The notes: a model not told the origin generated them from the letters alone. Shown: positions 25,501 through 37,839, numbered from the stretch's first letter. The stretch: DNA of 64,000 bases from Eledone cirrhosa (GCA_964016885.1 OZ024741.1:170376001-170440000); one strand, 5' to 3'. A program made the numbers and translations.

Positions 25501-27804
25501 GGTGGTTATGTTGAAAGGGGCTGTGGTGAAGGTTGTGGTGTAGGTGGTTATGTTGAAAGGGGCTGTGTTGAAGGTTGTGGTGTCGGTGGTTATGTTGAAA
25601 GGGGCTGTGGTGTAGGTTGTGGTGTAGGTGGTTATGTTGAAAGGGGCTGTGGTGTAGGTCGTGGTGTCGCTGGTTATGTTGAAAGAGGCTGTGGAGTAGG
25701 TTGTGGTGTCGGTGGTTATGTTGAAAGGGGCTGTGGTCAAGGTTGTGGTGTCGGTGGTTATGTTGAAAGGGGCTGTGGTGTAGGTTGTGGTGTCGGTGGT
25801 TATGTTGAAAGTGGCTGTGGTGTAGGTTGTGGTGTCGGTGGTTATGTTGAAAGGGGCTGTGGTGTAGGTTGTGGTGTCGGTGGTTATGTTGAAAGGGGCT
25901 GTGGTGAAGGTTGTGGTGTCGGTGGTTATGTTGAAAGGGGCTGTGGTGAAGGTTGTGGTGTCGGTGGTTATGTTGAAAGGGGCTGTGGTGAAGGTGGTGG
26001 TGTCGCTGGTTATATTGAAAGGGGCTGTGGTGTAGGTTGTGGTGTTGGTGGTTATGTTGAAAGGGGCTGTGGTGTAGGTTGTGGTGTCGGTGGTTATGTT
26101 GAAAGGGGCTGTGGTGTAGATTGTGGTGTAGGTGGTTATGTTGAAAGGGGCTGTGGTGTAGGTTGTGGTGTCGGTGGTTATGTTGAAAGGGGCTGTGGTG
26201 TAGGTTGTGGTGTAGGTGGTTATGTTGAAAGGGGCTGTGGTGAAGGTTGTGGTGTCGGTGGTTATGTTGAAAGGGGCTGTGGTGTAGGTTGTGGTGTCGG
26301 TGGTTATGTTGAAAGGGGCTGTGGTGAAGTTTGTGGTGTCGGTAGTGATGTTGAAAGGGGCTGTTGTCAAGGTTGTGGTGTCGGTGGTTATGTTGAAAGG
26401 GGCTGTGGTGTAGGTTGTGGTGTAGGTGGTTATGTTGAAAGGGGCTGTGGTCAAGGTTGTGGTGTCGGTGGTTATGTTGAAAGTGGCTGTGGTCAAGGTT
26501 GTGGTGTCGGTGGTTATGTTGAAATGGGCTGTGGTGTAGGTTGTGGTGTAGGTGGTTATGTTGAAAGTGGCTGTGGTGTAGGTTGTGGTGTAGGTGGTTA
26601 TGTTGAAAGGGGCTGTGGTGTAGGTTGTGGTGTCGGTGGTTATGTTGAAAGGGGCTGTGGTGTAGGTTGTGGTGTAGGTGGTTATGTTGAAAGTGGCTGT
26701 GGTGAAGGTTGTGGTGTAGGTGGTTATGTTGAAAGGGGCTGTGGTCAAGGTTGTGGTGTCGGTGGTTATGTTGAAAGGGGCTGTGGTGTAGGTTGTGGTG
26801 TCGGTGGTTATGTTGAAAGGGGCTGTGGTCAAGGTTGTGGTGTCGGTGGTTATGTTGAAACGGGCTGTGGTGAAGGTTGTGGTGTCGGTGGTTATGTTGA
26901 AAGGGGCTGTGGTGTAGGTTGTGGTGTCGGTGGTTATGTTGAAAGGGGCTGTGGTGTAGGTTGTGGTGTCGGTGGTTATGCTGAAAGTGGCTGTGGTGAA
27001 GGTTGTGGTGTCGGTGGTTATGTTGAAAGGGGCTGTGGTGAAGGTTGTGGTGTCGGTGGTTATGTTGAAAGGGGCTGTGGTGAAGGTTTGGGTGTCGGTG
27101 GTTATGTTGAAAGGAGCTGTGGTGTAGGTTGTGGTGTCGGTGGTTATGTTGAAAGGGGCTGTGATCAAGGTTGTGGTGCCGGTCGTTATGTTGAAAGGGG
27201 CTGTGGTCAAGGTTGTCGTGCTGATGGTTATGTTGAAAGGGGCTGTGGTGAAGGTTGTGGTGTCGGTGGTTATGTTGAAAGGGGCTGTGTTGTAGGTTGT
27301 GGTGTCGGTCGTTATGTTGAAAGGTGCTGTGATCAAGGTTGTGGTGCCGGTCGTTATGTTGAAAGGGGCTGTGGTCAAGGTTGTCGTGCTGATGGTTATG
27401 TTGAAAGGGGCTGTGGTCAAGGTTGTGGTGTAGGTGGTCATGTTGAAAGGGGCTGTGATCAAGGTTCTGCTGCTGGTGGTCCTGTTGAAAGGGGCTGTGA
27501 TCAAGGTTGTCGTGCTGATGGTTATGTTGAAAGGGGCTGTGGTCAAGGTTGTGGTGTTGGTGGTCATGTTGAAAGGGGCTGTGATCAAGGTTCTGGTGCT
27601 GGTGGTTATGTTGAAAGGGGCTGTGATCAAGGTTCTGGTGCTGGTGGTTATGTTGAAAGGGGCTGTGGTCAAGGTTGTGGTGCCGGTCTCAGTAATTTTT
27701 GAAATAGCGAATTGGATCTTGTTGGTGGTTTCGTGGATATGGCAATAGTTTGGTGAAAGTGATGGTGGTGGTTGTAGTTGTGATGATGATAGTGGTACTT
27801 TCAT
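7527..27804 (-). CDS. Possible giant mucin-like ORF/exon (TTAPFNITT[D/Y/H]TTT[Y/F/L])n, broken by two 1-bp deletions; coding status unproven
   Basis: ORF pieces 25045-27804, 24038-24985 and 7527-24020 join if 1-bp deletions near 24074 and 25057 are restored (~6760 codons). No in-frame stops. N-I-T sequon in nearly every unit. No signal peptide or flanking globular domain seen. Confidence 0.3.
7583..27687. repeat. ~20 kb tandem array of a 42-bp unit (~480 copies) with higher-order duplications
   Basis: Unit GGTGGTTATGTTGAAAGGGGCTGTGGT(GTA/GAA/CAA)GGTTGTGGTGT(C/A/G). Rare variants recur at 1218-bp (29 units) and 3306-bp (79 units minus 12 bp) spacing. Units degenerate at the right end. Confidence 0.99.
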
Positions 27805-28049
27805 CTTGGTGGTTGTAGTGAATGTGGTTATGGTGTCGGTGATTTTGGTGAAGGTGATTGTGGTGGTGGTGGACGCTTTTGGCCGTGGTTGAAGTGCTGG
27901 TGGTTGGGTTATGTTCGTTGTGATGATAGTGGTTGTTGTGCTGGTGATTGTGGTGATCGTTGTGGCAGTGGTCCTGGTAGCGGTAGTTTTGGTTGTGCTG
28001 GGGAGGGGTAGACATTGCAGTAGTATTTATGGTGCTGGTGATGCTGGTT

Positions 28050-28244
28050 ATAATTTTTTCTACATTCGGCACAAGGTCAGCAACTAATTATTTCCAGTGC
28101 ATTACTGGTATTTTATTTTATGGACCCCGTAAGGATGAAAGGCAAAGTTAACCTCGACGGGATTTGAACTCAGACCGTAAAGGGACGTAACTATGCTATA
28201 AAGCATGGCGTCCAGCCCTCTACCGATACTGACAATTCACCACC
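28050..28244 (-). mobile_element. tRNA-derived SINE with Meta/MESC-like central domain
   Basis: Reverse strand has B-box GAGTTCAAATCCC followed by ...CTTTGCCTTTCATCCTTACGGGGTC...AATACCAG; same family as other copies in the window. Confidence 0.8.
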
Positions 28245-28256
28245 CTAATGCTGGTA

Positions 28257-28447
28257 ATAATTTTTTCTACATTTGGCACAAGGCCAGCAATTAATTATTC
28301 CAGTACATTACTGGTACTTTATTTTATCGACCCCGTAAGGATGAAAGGCAAAGTTGACCTCGGCGGGATTTGAACTCAAAATGGAAAGGGCCGTAACTCT
28401 ATGCGTCAAAGCATGACGTGCGACCCTCTACCGATACTGCCAATCCA
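28257..28447 (-). mobile_element. tRNA-derived SINE (tandem second copy)
   Basis: A-box TGGCAGTATCGG, B-box GAGTTCAAATCCC, GCCTTTCATCCTTACGGGGTCGATAAAATAAAGTACCAG. Confidence 0.85.
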
Positions 28448-28844
28448 AATAATGTATGACAGTGGTACGATGGTAGGATGCCGAGGGTTGTTGACGATAG
28501 AGGTGTTCATGGGTTGTTTGTGGTGTTTATTGCATTGATAATGATGATGATGATGAATAGAAACCTTTCAGCTTCATTTATGTGTTAGTGGTATATTCTA
28601 CATTCACCACTAATTACAATAACCGCATATATATTTCGCTTTGGGGTATATGTTATTACTCTTCTAATTATTATACGTGATCTCTATTTGGATAAATTCT
28701 ACCGACTGAATATTTAAATCACGTGGTCAGTATTTGGAATACATTGTCCACCAGGACAAATGACAGAGTCGATATACTATACGACAAAATGCCTTATGGT
28801 ATTTGTTCTGTATCACTGAACACTGAGAAGAATTAGGAAACTTG

Positions 28845-28930
28845 TTAGTGTGCCGGACGAAAAGATTTGTTGTATCACTCACAGATTTTTGTATTCTGAG
28901 TTCAAATCACTTTGTGGGCATTAGACTTAA
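28845..28930 (+). mobile_element. Degenerate SINE head fragment
   Basis: TTAGTGTGCCGGACGAAAAG...TTCTGAGTTCAAATCAC resembles the SINE head. Confidence 0.45.
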
Positions 28931-29095
28931 TACGTCGCCCATTTTAACATCACCATCTGTGTTGGGGTTCATTTAGCAGAGTTTATTTTGTTGGAAGCAT
29001 TTGGACAAGGTCTCTGGTTTCTGTCTCTCTCTCTCTCTCATATATATATATACATTTTTAAGCTTGTTGAATCCCAACAAATTAAATATAACCTC

Positions 29096-29149
<54 letters not shown>

Positions 29150-29218
29150 GAGGTTATATTTAATTTTCATGAGGAAAGTATATACTTTCGAACGTTCAAC
29201 TATCTGGCAGATGGGTAT

Positions 29219-29261
29219 ACGGTGCTGATGATAGCTAACAAGCTTGAAACTAGTACATCGT
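29219..29261 (+). ncRNA. Type I hammerhead ribozyme (family A, copy 1)
   Basis: acggtg-CTGATGA-t agct aaca agct t-GAAAC-ta-GTA/-catcgt; 6-bp stem I, palindromic stem III ACTAGT, predicted cleavage after 29255. Confidence 0.85.
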
Positions 29262-29413
29262 TCCTGTGTCAGTGTTGAACCAAAAGGTGACGTGGTTGCC
29301 TTAACACCGTACGGCATAAAAATTCAAGCTGTTCAGTTTGTTTACAAACAAACAAAGCGGCGTTATAATAAGCGTCCGCTAAACTGATACGTGCATATAT
29401 GTATGTGTACCTG

Positions 29414-29444
<31 letters not shown>

Positions 29445-29683
29445 GCATGCTACTGTACGTCTGTATACATATATGTATGTACGTATACATGCATACTTAC
29501 ATTTAAGTAAGTGCCGTACTAAGAGTGAGAAAGGAAATTTCGTTTTCATTTTATTTCAACTTATCGTTTTCGGTATGCCTGACCGACTTAGCTCACTCGA
29601 TATGCAAATTAGGCTGCTCAGCCGTTAATTTTCATAAGGAAAGTATATACTTTCGAACGTTCAACTATCTGGCAGATGGGTAT

Positions 29684-29726
29684 ACGGTGCTGATGATAGC
29701 TAACAAGCTTGAAACTAGTACATCGT
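29684..29726 (+). ncRNA. Type I hammerhead ribozyme (family A, copy 2)
   Basis: Identical motif 465 bp downstream. Confidence 0.85.
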
Positions 29727-29962
29727 TCCTGTGTCAGTGTTGAACAAAAAGGTGACGTGGTTGCCTTAACACCGTACGGCATAAAATTTCAGGCTGTTCA
29801 GTTTGTTTACAAACGAACAAAGCGGCGTTATAATAAGCGTCCGCTAAACTGATACGTGCATATATGTATGTGTACCTGTATGTATATATATATATATATA
29901 TATATATGCATGCTACTGTACGTCTGTATACATATATGTATGTACGTACGTATACACACATA

Positions 29963-30024
<62 letters not shown>

Positions 30025-30108
30025 AAAGGTAAACAGAAATAACAACACAATCGGTACAGTGTATGGAAGGTATATATTAGGTTAACGCTTGATATAGCAA
30101 GAAGAGGG

Positions 30109-30144
30109 TTTTAACGTTTCGGACGCTAGAACTTCATCAGAAAA
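30109..30144 (-). ncRNA. Minimal PLE-type hammerhead relic
   Basis: - strand reads tttt-CTGATGA-agttctagcgtcc-GAAAC-GTT-aaaa; palindromic AACGTT stem III; stem II decayed; in a ~200-bp island between (TA)n tracts. Confidence 0.55.
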
Positions 30145-30223
30145 ACGAATGAGAAATAAAATAGATTAAGGGGAAAAAATGTCTTTAGATAAAAATAATA
30201 GGTCCATTCATGTTGACATCTCT

Positions 30224-30302
<79 letters not shown>

Positions 30303-30329
30303 GTGTGTGTGTGTGTGTGCGTGTGTGTA

Positions 30330-30480
30330 AGGGCAGTAGATTGGCAGAATAATTAGAGTGTCAAATAAAATGCTTTGCCGTATTTGTTTCGGATCATTAC
30401 GTCGCCGGTGTCCACTTTGTCTTTCATTCTTCTGAATCGATAAAATATAACACCAGTTAAGTACTAGGGTAGATTTAAAC
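30330..30480 (+). mobile_element. Older SINE copy
   Basis: GATTGGCAGAATAATTAGAGTG...ACTTTGTCTTTCATTCTTCTGAATCGATAAAATATAACACCAG. Confidence 0.65.
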
Positions 30481-30716
30481 GACTACTACCTCTAACATTG
30501 CTGATCTGCTCTATTTATTTGGTCTGCACCTGAGTATGTTTTTTACAGGCTACTGACTATGCATTTATTTGTAATCCTATGTATCTATATGTGTACTCGA
30601 GTTCTCTGCATTGGAACCTATTCCATTTTATTATTATAGCCACTGACAACAGTACAAACTATAGTGTTTCAATGTAGCCATGAGTAGAAAGATTTTACTG
30701 TAGTATTCATATTATT

Positions 30717-30902
30717 GTGGATTGGCTGTATCGGTAGAGGGTCGGACACCATGCTTTGCAGCACAGTTATGTCCCTTTACGGACTGAGTTAAATCCCGCC
30801 GAGGTTAACTTTGCTTTTCATCCTTACGGGGTCGATAAAATAAAGTACCAGTAATGTACTGGTTAATTGCTGGCCTTGTGCCAAAATTAGAAACAATTAT
30901 TG
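30717..30902 (+). mobile_element. tRNA-derived SINE, near full length
   Basis: A-box TGGCTGTATCGG, B-box GAGTTAAATCCC, central TTTCATCCTTACGGGGTCGATAAAATAAAGTACCAG, tail GCCTTGTGCCAAAATTAGAAAC. Confidence 0.85.
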
Positions 30903-31559
30903 TATATATATATTTGAGTTCATTACAAATATATATGATATTGAAAAGAAGTGATTCACATATATGATATACAATTAACTTCCTAAAAACTTTGGTAATT
31001 TCGAAAATGATTAATAAATAATTAGAACTTCAAACATGCAGACGTTTCTGATAGCTCGTTCCATGTTTTTAAGCAAGTTATGCATCAAACAAAATAAAGC
31101 AATGTCAAAAATTGATCCATCAGCTAATTTATTGATGGTAAGTTATATTGGATATGGTGCAGAGTGATTGAAGAGATGTACAAAAAATATAGGATGAATT
31201 TTCATAGGTACGTAGTGTCGTGCTTAGTTATGCCGTAAAATACATTGTAATGACATTATTGAAATGATAATGTTAGTTTTGCAATATCACTAGCAACATT
31301 ATGTAAAACAAATAAATAAAGTAGTCTCTAGAAATTTATTAATATTAAGGCCCCTCCGTTTTTATCATTTGTCGTTATAATATCCTTCATCCGTAAACTT
31401 TATAAATCAATATATAAAGTGGGAAACAGCAATTGTGTCACAAATATTTTGATGAGTGTTTCAAATGTACTTTTGAATCTAAATATGAAAGCAGGCTTTC
31501 CATATCAGGCGTAGTCATCTTGTGGCACCATGTTCGTATATAATAGTATCAGACACTAC

Positions 31560-32380
31560 AGGTTGTCATGAAATTGACAATCTGTAGTGTCTGACATCTT
31601 TCATATACAGGGGATGGATCATTTTCTTGCCGTAGCATATCCATGCATCTTTAGCATCTCAAATAATGGTGCCAATGGCAGTGAAAGAGAATCCTCTTAA
31701 AATTTTCATTTATTTCTGTATAAATGTTTTCCACTTTCTCATGGCATGTTTAGTGAATGTTTTTCTTGTTGGCGCTACTTTGTTTATGGCTTGTATTTTC
31801 AGTATTCACATATGTGGATCACTCTTAAACACCTTCTCGTATTCAATTGCTACCATGTTGAGGATAGTTTATCCTTTTGTTCAGGATTCTGTTTTCTCTT
31901 TGCTGATTAGCATTTGGTCTTTAGAATCCATTCTGCTCTTCGGGAAACAGGTTGTTTCTTTTTTCACATGTTTCGTCAGTTTCTGTGATGCTAATGCAAT
32001 TATGGACTTGTAAGGTGTAGAAAGGCATGTTATAAGTCTGCTGTTCACAGAGTTTGCCGAGTCATTATTTTTGGATGTCTGGGTTATCTCCTTAGTGAGC
32101 CAGTCTCGTGTTATTTCTTACTCCGTCAGAATCTCATTCAAGTTCTCTGCAAGTATAACATGTGCCTGGTTAATTATTTCAACAAGAGCTTTAGGATTTT
32201 GTCATGTCCTGGTGCCTTCCAGTTACTTTATGTTTTTAGTTTTTATACACTTCCTCTGTTGTAATTCTTCCCTCAGTTGTTCTGTTGCTGTATTAGTTGT
32301 TCTAACTAGACCCGTGCTCATGCTCAGTGGTACAGCTTGGTGCATATGTAGTGTTACGTGATGGTGCTGTTGCTATTGTA
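31560..32380 (-). mobile_element. Heavily decayed non-LTR RT fragment, R4/Dong-like
   Basis: - strand remnants WKAPGHDKI, SRLITCLSTPYKSII, DSKDQMLISKE, LNMVAIEYEKVFKSDPHM*IL resemble R4-clade RT motifs (YRPITCLST, KDQLLI, LSMAWIDYKKAFDSVPH). Confidence 0.6.
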
Positions 32381-32799
32381 TTGGCAATTCTCTACGAAAC
32401 ATTTGTGCAATGAAAGTGGTCGATCGGCAGAATTGCAGAGAAAAAATCACATTTTATTTCAATTTCATAAAGAAATGTAGGAAATTTAGTTAAGTCTAGT
32501 GCTTTTGTAGTAAGGGGTTTGAACTGCCCAAATATTGGCAAAGGCGGTTGATGGGACCCTTCAGTCACGATATGGAAAGCTCTTAAGTACTGGTGGCATG
32601 AAAAATGCACCTAGAGATCACGTTAATGATGTCGAAAAAAATTTCAAAAATTCTAAAGTCGATATAAGAACAAACCCAGACAAATAAACAGTTATACTCA
32701 CATGTACACTAGGTCGGAACACAGAGGAACCAAACTGTCCCCGCCTTCGCCTCTCCCGCTCTCCCCATCTCTCATCATTATGAGCAAATTGGGGCCCAC

Positions 32800-32925
32800 G
32801 CGCTGCTGTCCGCTCCGTAGAATGTTTAGAGCGTCGGTAGAATTTCTTTGAAGCATTACTTCCGTCGCTTTACTCGTTCTGCATTCAAATTCCGTTGTGG
32901 TCAACTTTGCCTTTCATACAGGGGG
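32800..32925 (+). mobile_element. Degenerate SINE fragment
   Basis: TTCTGCATTCAAATTCCGTTGTGGTCAACTTTGCCTTTCAT. Confidence 0.6.
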
Positions 32926-34561
32926 CTTCATTACAGTTAGTCAAATGTTTATACTTATGAAACACTGTACCACTCCGATCCCCCTCCCCCCGATAATTGC
33001 GCTAATACTCAGCTACTTACACATTATTTTAACACGTAGATTGTTCCGTTGACGAAATAACTGGAATTCTATTTCTCGAAACGGGTGGAGGTTCATTTTT
33101 AATATATTTGTGATTTTCCAAACAAATAACTATATCCAAGGTTATATCACTTATATACAAAAATAATAAAATATAATGTAATTTTACATAAATCAAAACC
33201 CAAACAATAAACAGAGAAAAACGATGGAATATGATGGAAAAAGATAACAAAAAAAACAACAACAAAAACAGCCACGCCTCTTGAATATATTTCTTGAATA
33301 AGTGTCATCAACACATTTACATTCACTCACTGAACTGCTCTCAAATTTTCAATAAGGTATCATTTTGGGAATTTTTAGCTGCTGCTATTTCTACCAATTC
33401 GAATGACCAAGTAAAAGGTCCCCCGTGGTCTGCTATATTATGAAGCGGATATTATATTGAGGTTTTTGAGTTTCTAAATTAATTAAATAATCATTTCCAT
33501 ATTGAATATTTTGCTTAAAATATTTTTGCCTAAGACAATATAGAAGATCCTGATGATATTAATGTTGCTCTCGTTCTCAATGCAGTCATCTTCGTCGTTG
33601 TTAGATTTTGGTTTTGTTCACATTTCTTTTGCAGATTTCTTGCCGTTTGTACTAAATATAGTAAGACAAAGACTGAAAGCTACAGGAGTGGGATGAGGAA
33701 AGTATTATCTTTTTTATTTTCTATTTATTTTTATGTACACAGTCTTCGTCTAACATTCCCTCTTCCGTTGTTTATCTTCGGTTTTACGGATAGGCTTCTT
33801 GTCTTTACGTTTTTTTTTGTTTTTTTTAGATTATATATTTATATATATTTTCTTTATTCTTTCTTACCCAGTGTCATAATTTAATTTTCTTAGTTTCTAA
33901 CTAGTCTTTGTTTTTGCTGTTGTTGTATGTAGCAATTGTATTTATTATGTTTTCTCTTGGTTTCTTTGTTTATTTCTGTAGAAATTGACAACAAATCCAA
34001 TTTCCCTCATATGTATCATTATGCTAGATCCCACAATTTTATTTCTCCATTGGAACTTACTGGTGTCTTACTGAACTTCTTATAAAATCAGAATATCTCT
34101 CTCACTATCTCTCATTCTCTCTCACCGCGTCTTTCACTTGCTCTCACACTGTGTCTCTCTCCGTCTTAAATCTCGTCTCTCTCTCTCTCTATCTCTAGCT
34201 CTCTCCATCTTTCATCTCATATCCCTCTCTCTGTCTCTCGCTCTCACAATCTCTCTTTCTCTTAGGCAAGCTGCTTACTATATAGAGACTGAAAATGCAG
34301 ATTATGCTGTGTAATAGAACATAAGGTCAGATTGATGATTTCACTTAAAGGTCACCGCATTACCAACACCACCATTAATGCCACCAACACTACCACCCTC
34401 GCCACTAATACCACCACTCCACACTACGAGGGATTATTGTAATTTGTCGATACTAGAATTAACAACCGCAACTCCCTCAAATCATACTCTACACTTTTAA
34501 GGATAAAGTTGCACTGAATTCACTATGTACATAAAACCTACTACTTCAACTACAGTTGTCA

Positions 34562-34680
34562 GTTCTTCTTCTTCTTCTTCTTCTTCTGCTGCTAACACTA
34601 CTACTACTGCTACTACTACTACTGCTGCTGCTGCTGCTACTACTGCTGCTGCTGCTGCTACTACTACTACTACTACTACT
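34562..34680. repeat. Compound trinucleotide microsatellite (TTC)n(CTG)n(CTA)n
   Basis: Direct reading. Confidence 0.95.
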
Positions 34681-35185
34681 TGATTGATATGCCACATCAA
34701 TTATGCGTATGACTCGCCAATTAAATGACCTTGGCCACTTCCGGAACCACTTTTTTACCTTCGGATACTTCAGCAATAAAATTGTGTTTCCACTGTGGTT
34801 TATCGGGAAAGAACAAATAACTACTTTTGAACAGGGTACGTTCTCTCCTTATAGCATCGGCAACTATCTAAATAATATCTAATTTCTCTGACACAGACAC
34901 AGAGAGCGTCTGCTTAATATGCGTAACACCCATTCAGATACACTAAATCTTTGACTAGTAATGTAAGTACCACCGACCACCTGCAGCACTACAATTCTGT
35001 TTTGGGGTTTCTCCAACATTGCTATTCCCTTTCCGCTTGGCTACTTCGGAACAAATCCTTATCTTCAAGCTTGGCACATCATATAGCATTAACGTCAGCA
35101 ATATTTTATATTTGATCTGGCTTTTGATTTATGTAAGTACTCACACTACTTGCCCTTCCCGTTTACATGCCCAACTGCATATCTA

Positions 35186-35834
35186 CAGGGTGGACTAGAA
35201 TTCATGACTCGCTTGTTAGTTATATTTCTTAACGAAATTAATTAAATGTGTACATTTGTGTGCTTACCGTATCTTGTTCATGATTGTATGCCTGTCTTAG
35301 ATTCTTCCGCGCCGTTCGGCGCATCGAGCAGTAAGTACTCGCTAACGGTCACGATCAACGGCAACTTTTTCGAGACCGTGCCAGGTTAAGTTGGCTGCCA
35401 TTAGGTCCTTCCGGAACGTTCGTCGCCAGGTGATCCTTGGGCAACCCCGCCTCCGTTTACCGCCAGGCGGAGTCCAGTTCATCACTGTTTTCGAATGCCG
35501 TTCATTTGGCAGACGCAGATTATGGCCAGTCAGACGGCACCGACGCTCCGTGACCACTCTCTGTAGCGTCCACGACTCGGCTCTACGCAGCATCTCCTCG
35601 TTTCGCACTCGGTCGCGCTAGGGCACACGAAGGATCTTTCGCAGGCACCGCTGATGTAAAGCGTTCAGCCGTCTCTCTATTTTTGCTGTACTCTTCCAGG
35701 TCTCGCTCGCATAAAGCACTGTCGCCAGCACGATGCTCTTGTATATGGTATTATATTCCTTAATTTGTTTGATAACATTTTGTGTTAATAGATCTATAAA
35801 TAATCAAGTGAGTCATGAATTTTGGCCGACCCTG
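35186..35834. mobile_element. Tc1/mariner-type MITE (TA-flanked, CAGGGT termini) interrupted by an RTE fragment
   Basis: TA|CAGGGTGGACTAGAATTCATGACTCGCTTG versus reverse complement of the right end TA|CAGGGTCGGCCAAAATTCATGACTCACTTG. Confidence 0.7.
35295..35746 (-). mobile_element. 5'-truncated RTE-type LINE 3' end
   Basis: IYKSIVLATVLYASETWKST...HQRCLRKIL...RNEEMLRR...GHNLRLPNERHSKTVMNWTPPGGKRRRGCPRITWRRT. Confidence 0.85.
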
Positions 35835-36807
35835 TACATATTTTGTGTCAAAAGATAAACATTCATGTTGATAGACACACACATCGACTCCGCTACTATT
35901 TACCATTCTTTTTTGCGCATTTCACCTATGTATGTATACCAAATATCAATGAACCTCTACGCTTCTGAACTCAGAAATTACACATTACTTTCTTGGTGTA
36001 TTGCTTCTATGAATAATGAATTCTTTGTTTTTTCCACTTTTCTCTCTTTGTTTATTTTGACAAAATGTCTGAATATACAGCATCTGTAATTTTCTGTTTT
36101 ATTACAGCAATTACACTTTTATTTTTATTTGCTACTACGTATATTTTATATACACATACTTACATCGTATAATATTTAAAATTCATGCGGGCATTACTAT
36201 TTTGTTTTAATAGAACGAAATCTGAGATTGTATCTGTTAAATAACTGTTCAATATAGCTTTATACAAGTAGAGGCGGGATTGAGATAACAATGACGAAAT
36301 CACACCTCATCTCGTTATATCGTTCTATGTCATTGCTCACAAAAACAATAAAAAAAATAATCAATATATATATAGATATTTAAATCCTTATACGTTATCT
36401 CTAATATTTTGTAAGGCTCAGAGCTATAAAAAAGTCAGAATTTTAACATTTTTATCAGTTTACTGTTTTCAACTAGTTGATCGTTTTCATATCACGCGAA
36501 GAATATAAAAACGTCATACCAAATGACGTGGACAATATCAAAAATTGTTCATGATATTGTTTACCCCAAGTGTTAGCCCCGAATAAGCAGACTTCTAATC
36601 AAAGGTATTCGAGCTCCAAACATTCCGTCTCTGCATATGTCAAGTATGACATTTTTCAAGGTAGAAAATCGGTAGAAACATTAGAGAATCGCACGAAATA
36701 CATTGTGTTATGTATTCCGATACATTGCCTGCTGAGTTCAAATTCTGTCGAACTCGCCTTTGACTTGGTAAATAAATAACGCACCAATCAAGGGCGCTTG
36801 ATTAATG

Positions 36808-37016
36808 ATTTCTAGTATAGGCACAAGGCCAGTAATTTGGGGGGAGGGGAAAGTTGATTAAATCAGCCCCAGGGCTACTTTATCTATCGACACCGTAAGG
36901 ATGAAAGGCAAAGTTAACCTCGGTGGGATTTGAACTTAGACCGTAAAGGGCTGTAACTCTATGCTGCAAAGCACGTTGTCCGACTCTCTACCGATACTGC
37001 CAATCCACCACCCTCT
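36808..37016 (-). mobile_element. tRNA-derived SINE with 16-bp target-site duplication
   Basis: SINE motifs as in other copies; GGGCGCTTGATTAATG (36792) and GGGCGCATGATTAATG (37017) flank it. Confidence 0.9.
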
Positions 37017-37507
37017 GGGCGCATGATTAATGGAACTGTTATATAATTAGATGAGAAATTTGTGGCATTTGTTCAAATTCTTAGTCCTACTTTCACTGTG
37101 GCTTAATACCCGAACATAGTACTTTGGTGATTTTAATGGAATCTGCTTTACTGCATTCATTCTATACATTTCTCCAGAAGTTTCTCAGTCACAGAAAATG
37201 GTCATAGGCATTGCCTTTTCCTATATTATGAGAAGAAATATGAAAAGTAGATCCAGAACTGTTCATGTTATTGTGTAACCCCAGATCTGTCCTCATCATA
37301 TAGACGTATTTGATTACAGAGATTAGAACGTGATATGAATAATAACCCTTTCCTGAAGTCTAAGAAATTCCTCCTTCGCTCGTATTCAAAATATGCATTG
37401 GTGCCAAATTGGTAATGTTTTAATTCTTGGTCACTTCATTTTTATTATATTCTTCTAAATAAATTTTATAACGTCATTAATTCCGTTCCAGTTTCCGATT
37501 AAAAATG

Positions 37508-37510
<3 letters not shown>

Positions 37511-37578
<68 letters not shown>

Positions 37579-37697
37579 TATACATATATATATATATATA
37601 ATGTATATATATATATACATATATATATATATTTTATTATATATATTATATATATATATATATATTATATATATATATATATATTATATATATATAT

Positions 37698-37729
<32 letters not shown>

Positions 37730-37744
37730 ATTATATATATATAT

Positions 37745-37778
<34 letters not shown>

Positions 37779-37808
37779 ATATATAATATATATATAATAT
37801 ATATATAT

Positions 37809-37839
<31 letters not shown>

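Larger units (their letters stand above)
29160..29966 (+). mobile_element. Non-coding HHR element family A (465-bp monomer, ~1.7 tandem copies), retrozyme-like
   Basis: Near-identical repeats start at 29160 and 29625; one HHR each; flanked by (TA)n. Confidence 0.8.

Noticed and set aside
8182-25543. Val-rich MVMLKGAVVK ORFs
   Set aside because: Third frame of the repeat, frequently stopped by TAG variants.
7583-27687. CRISPR-like or telomeric array
   Set aside because: Pure tandem units with no unique spacers; 42-bp unit is not a telomeric repeat; eukaryotic context.
28140-28450. tRNA genes suggested by A/B boxes
   Set aside because: Boxes belong to SINE heads; no cloverleaf.
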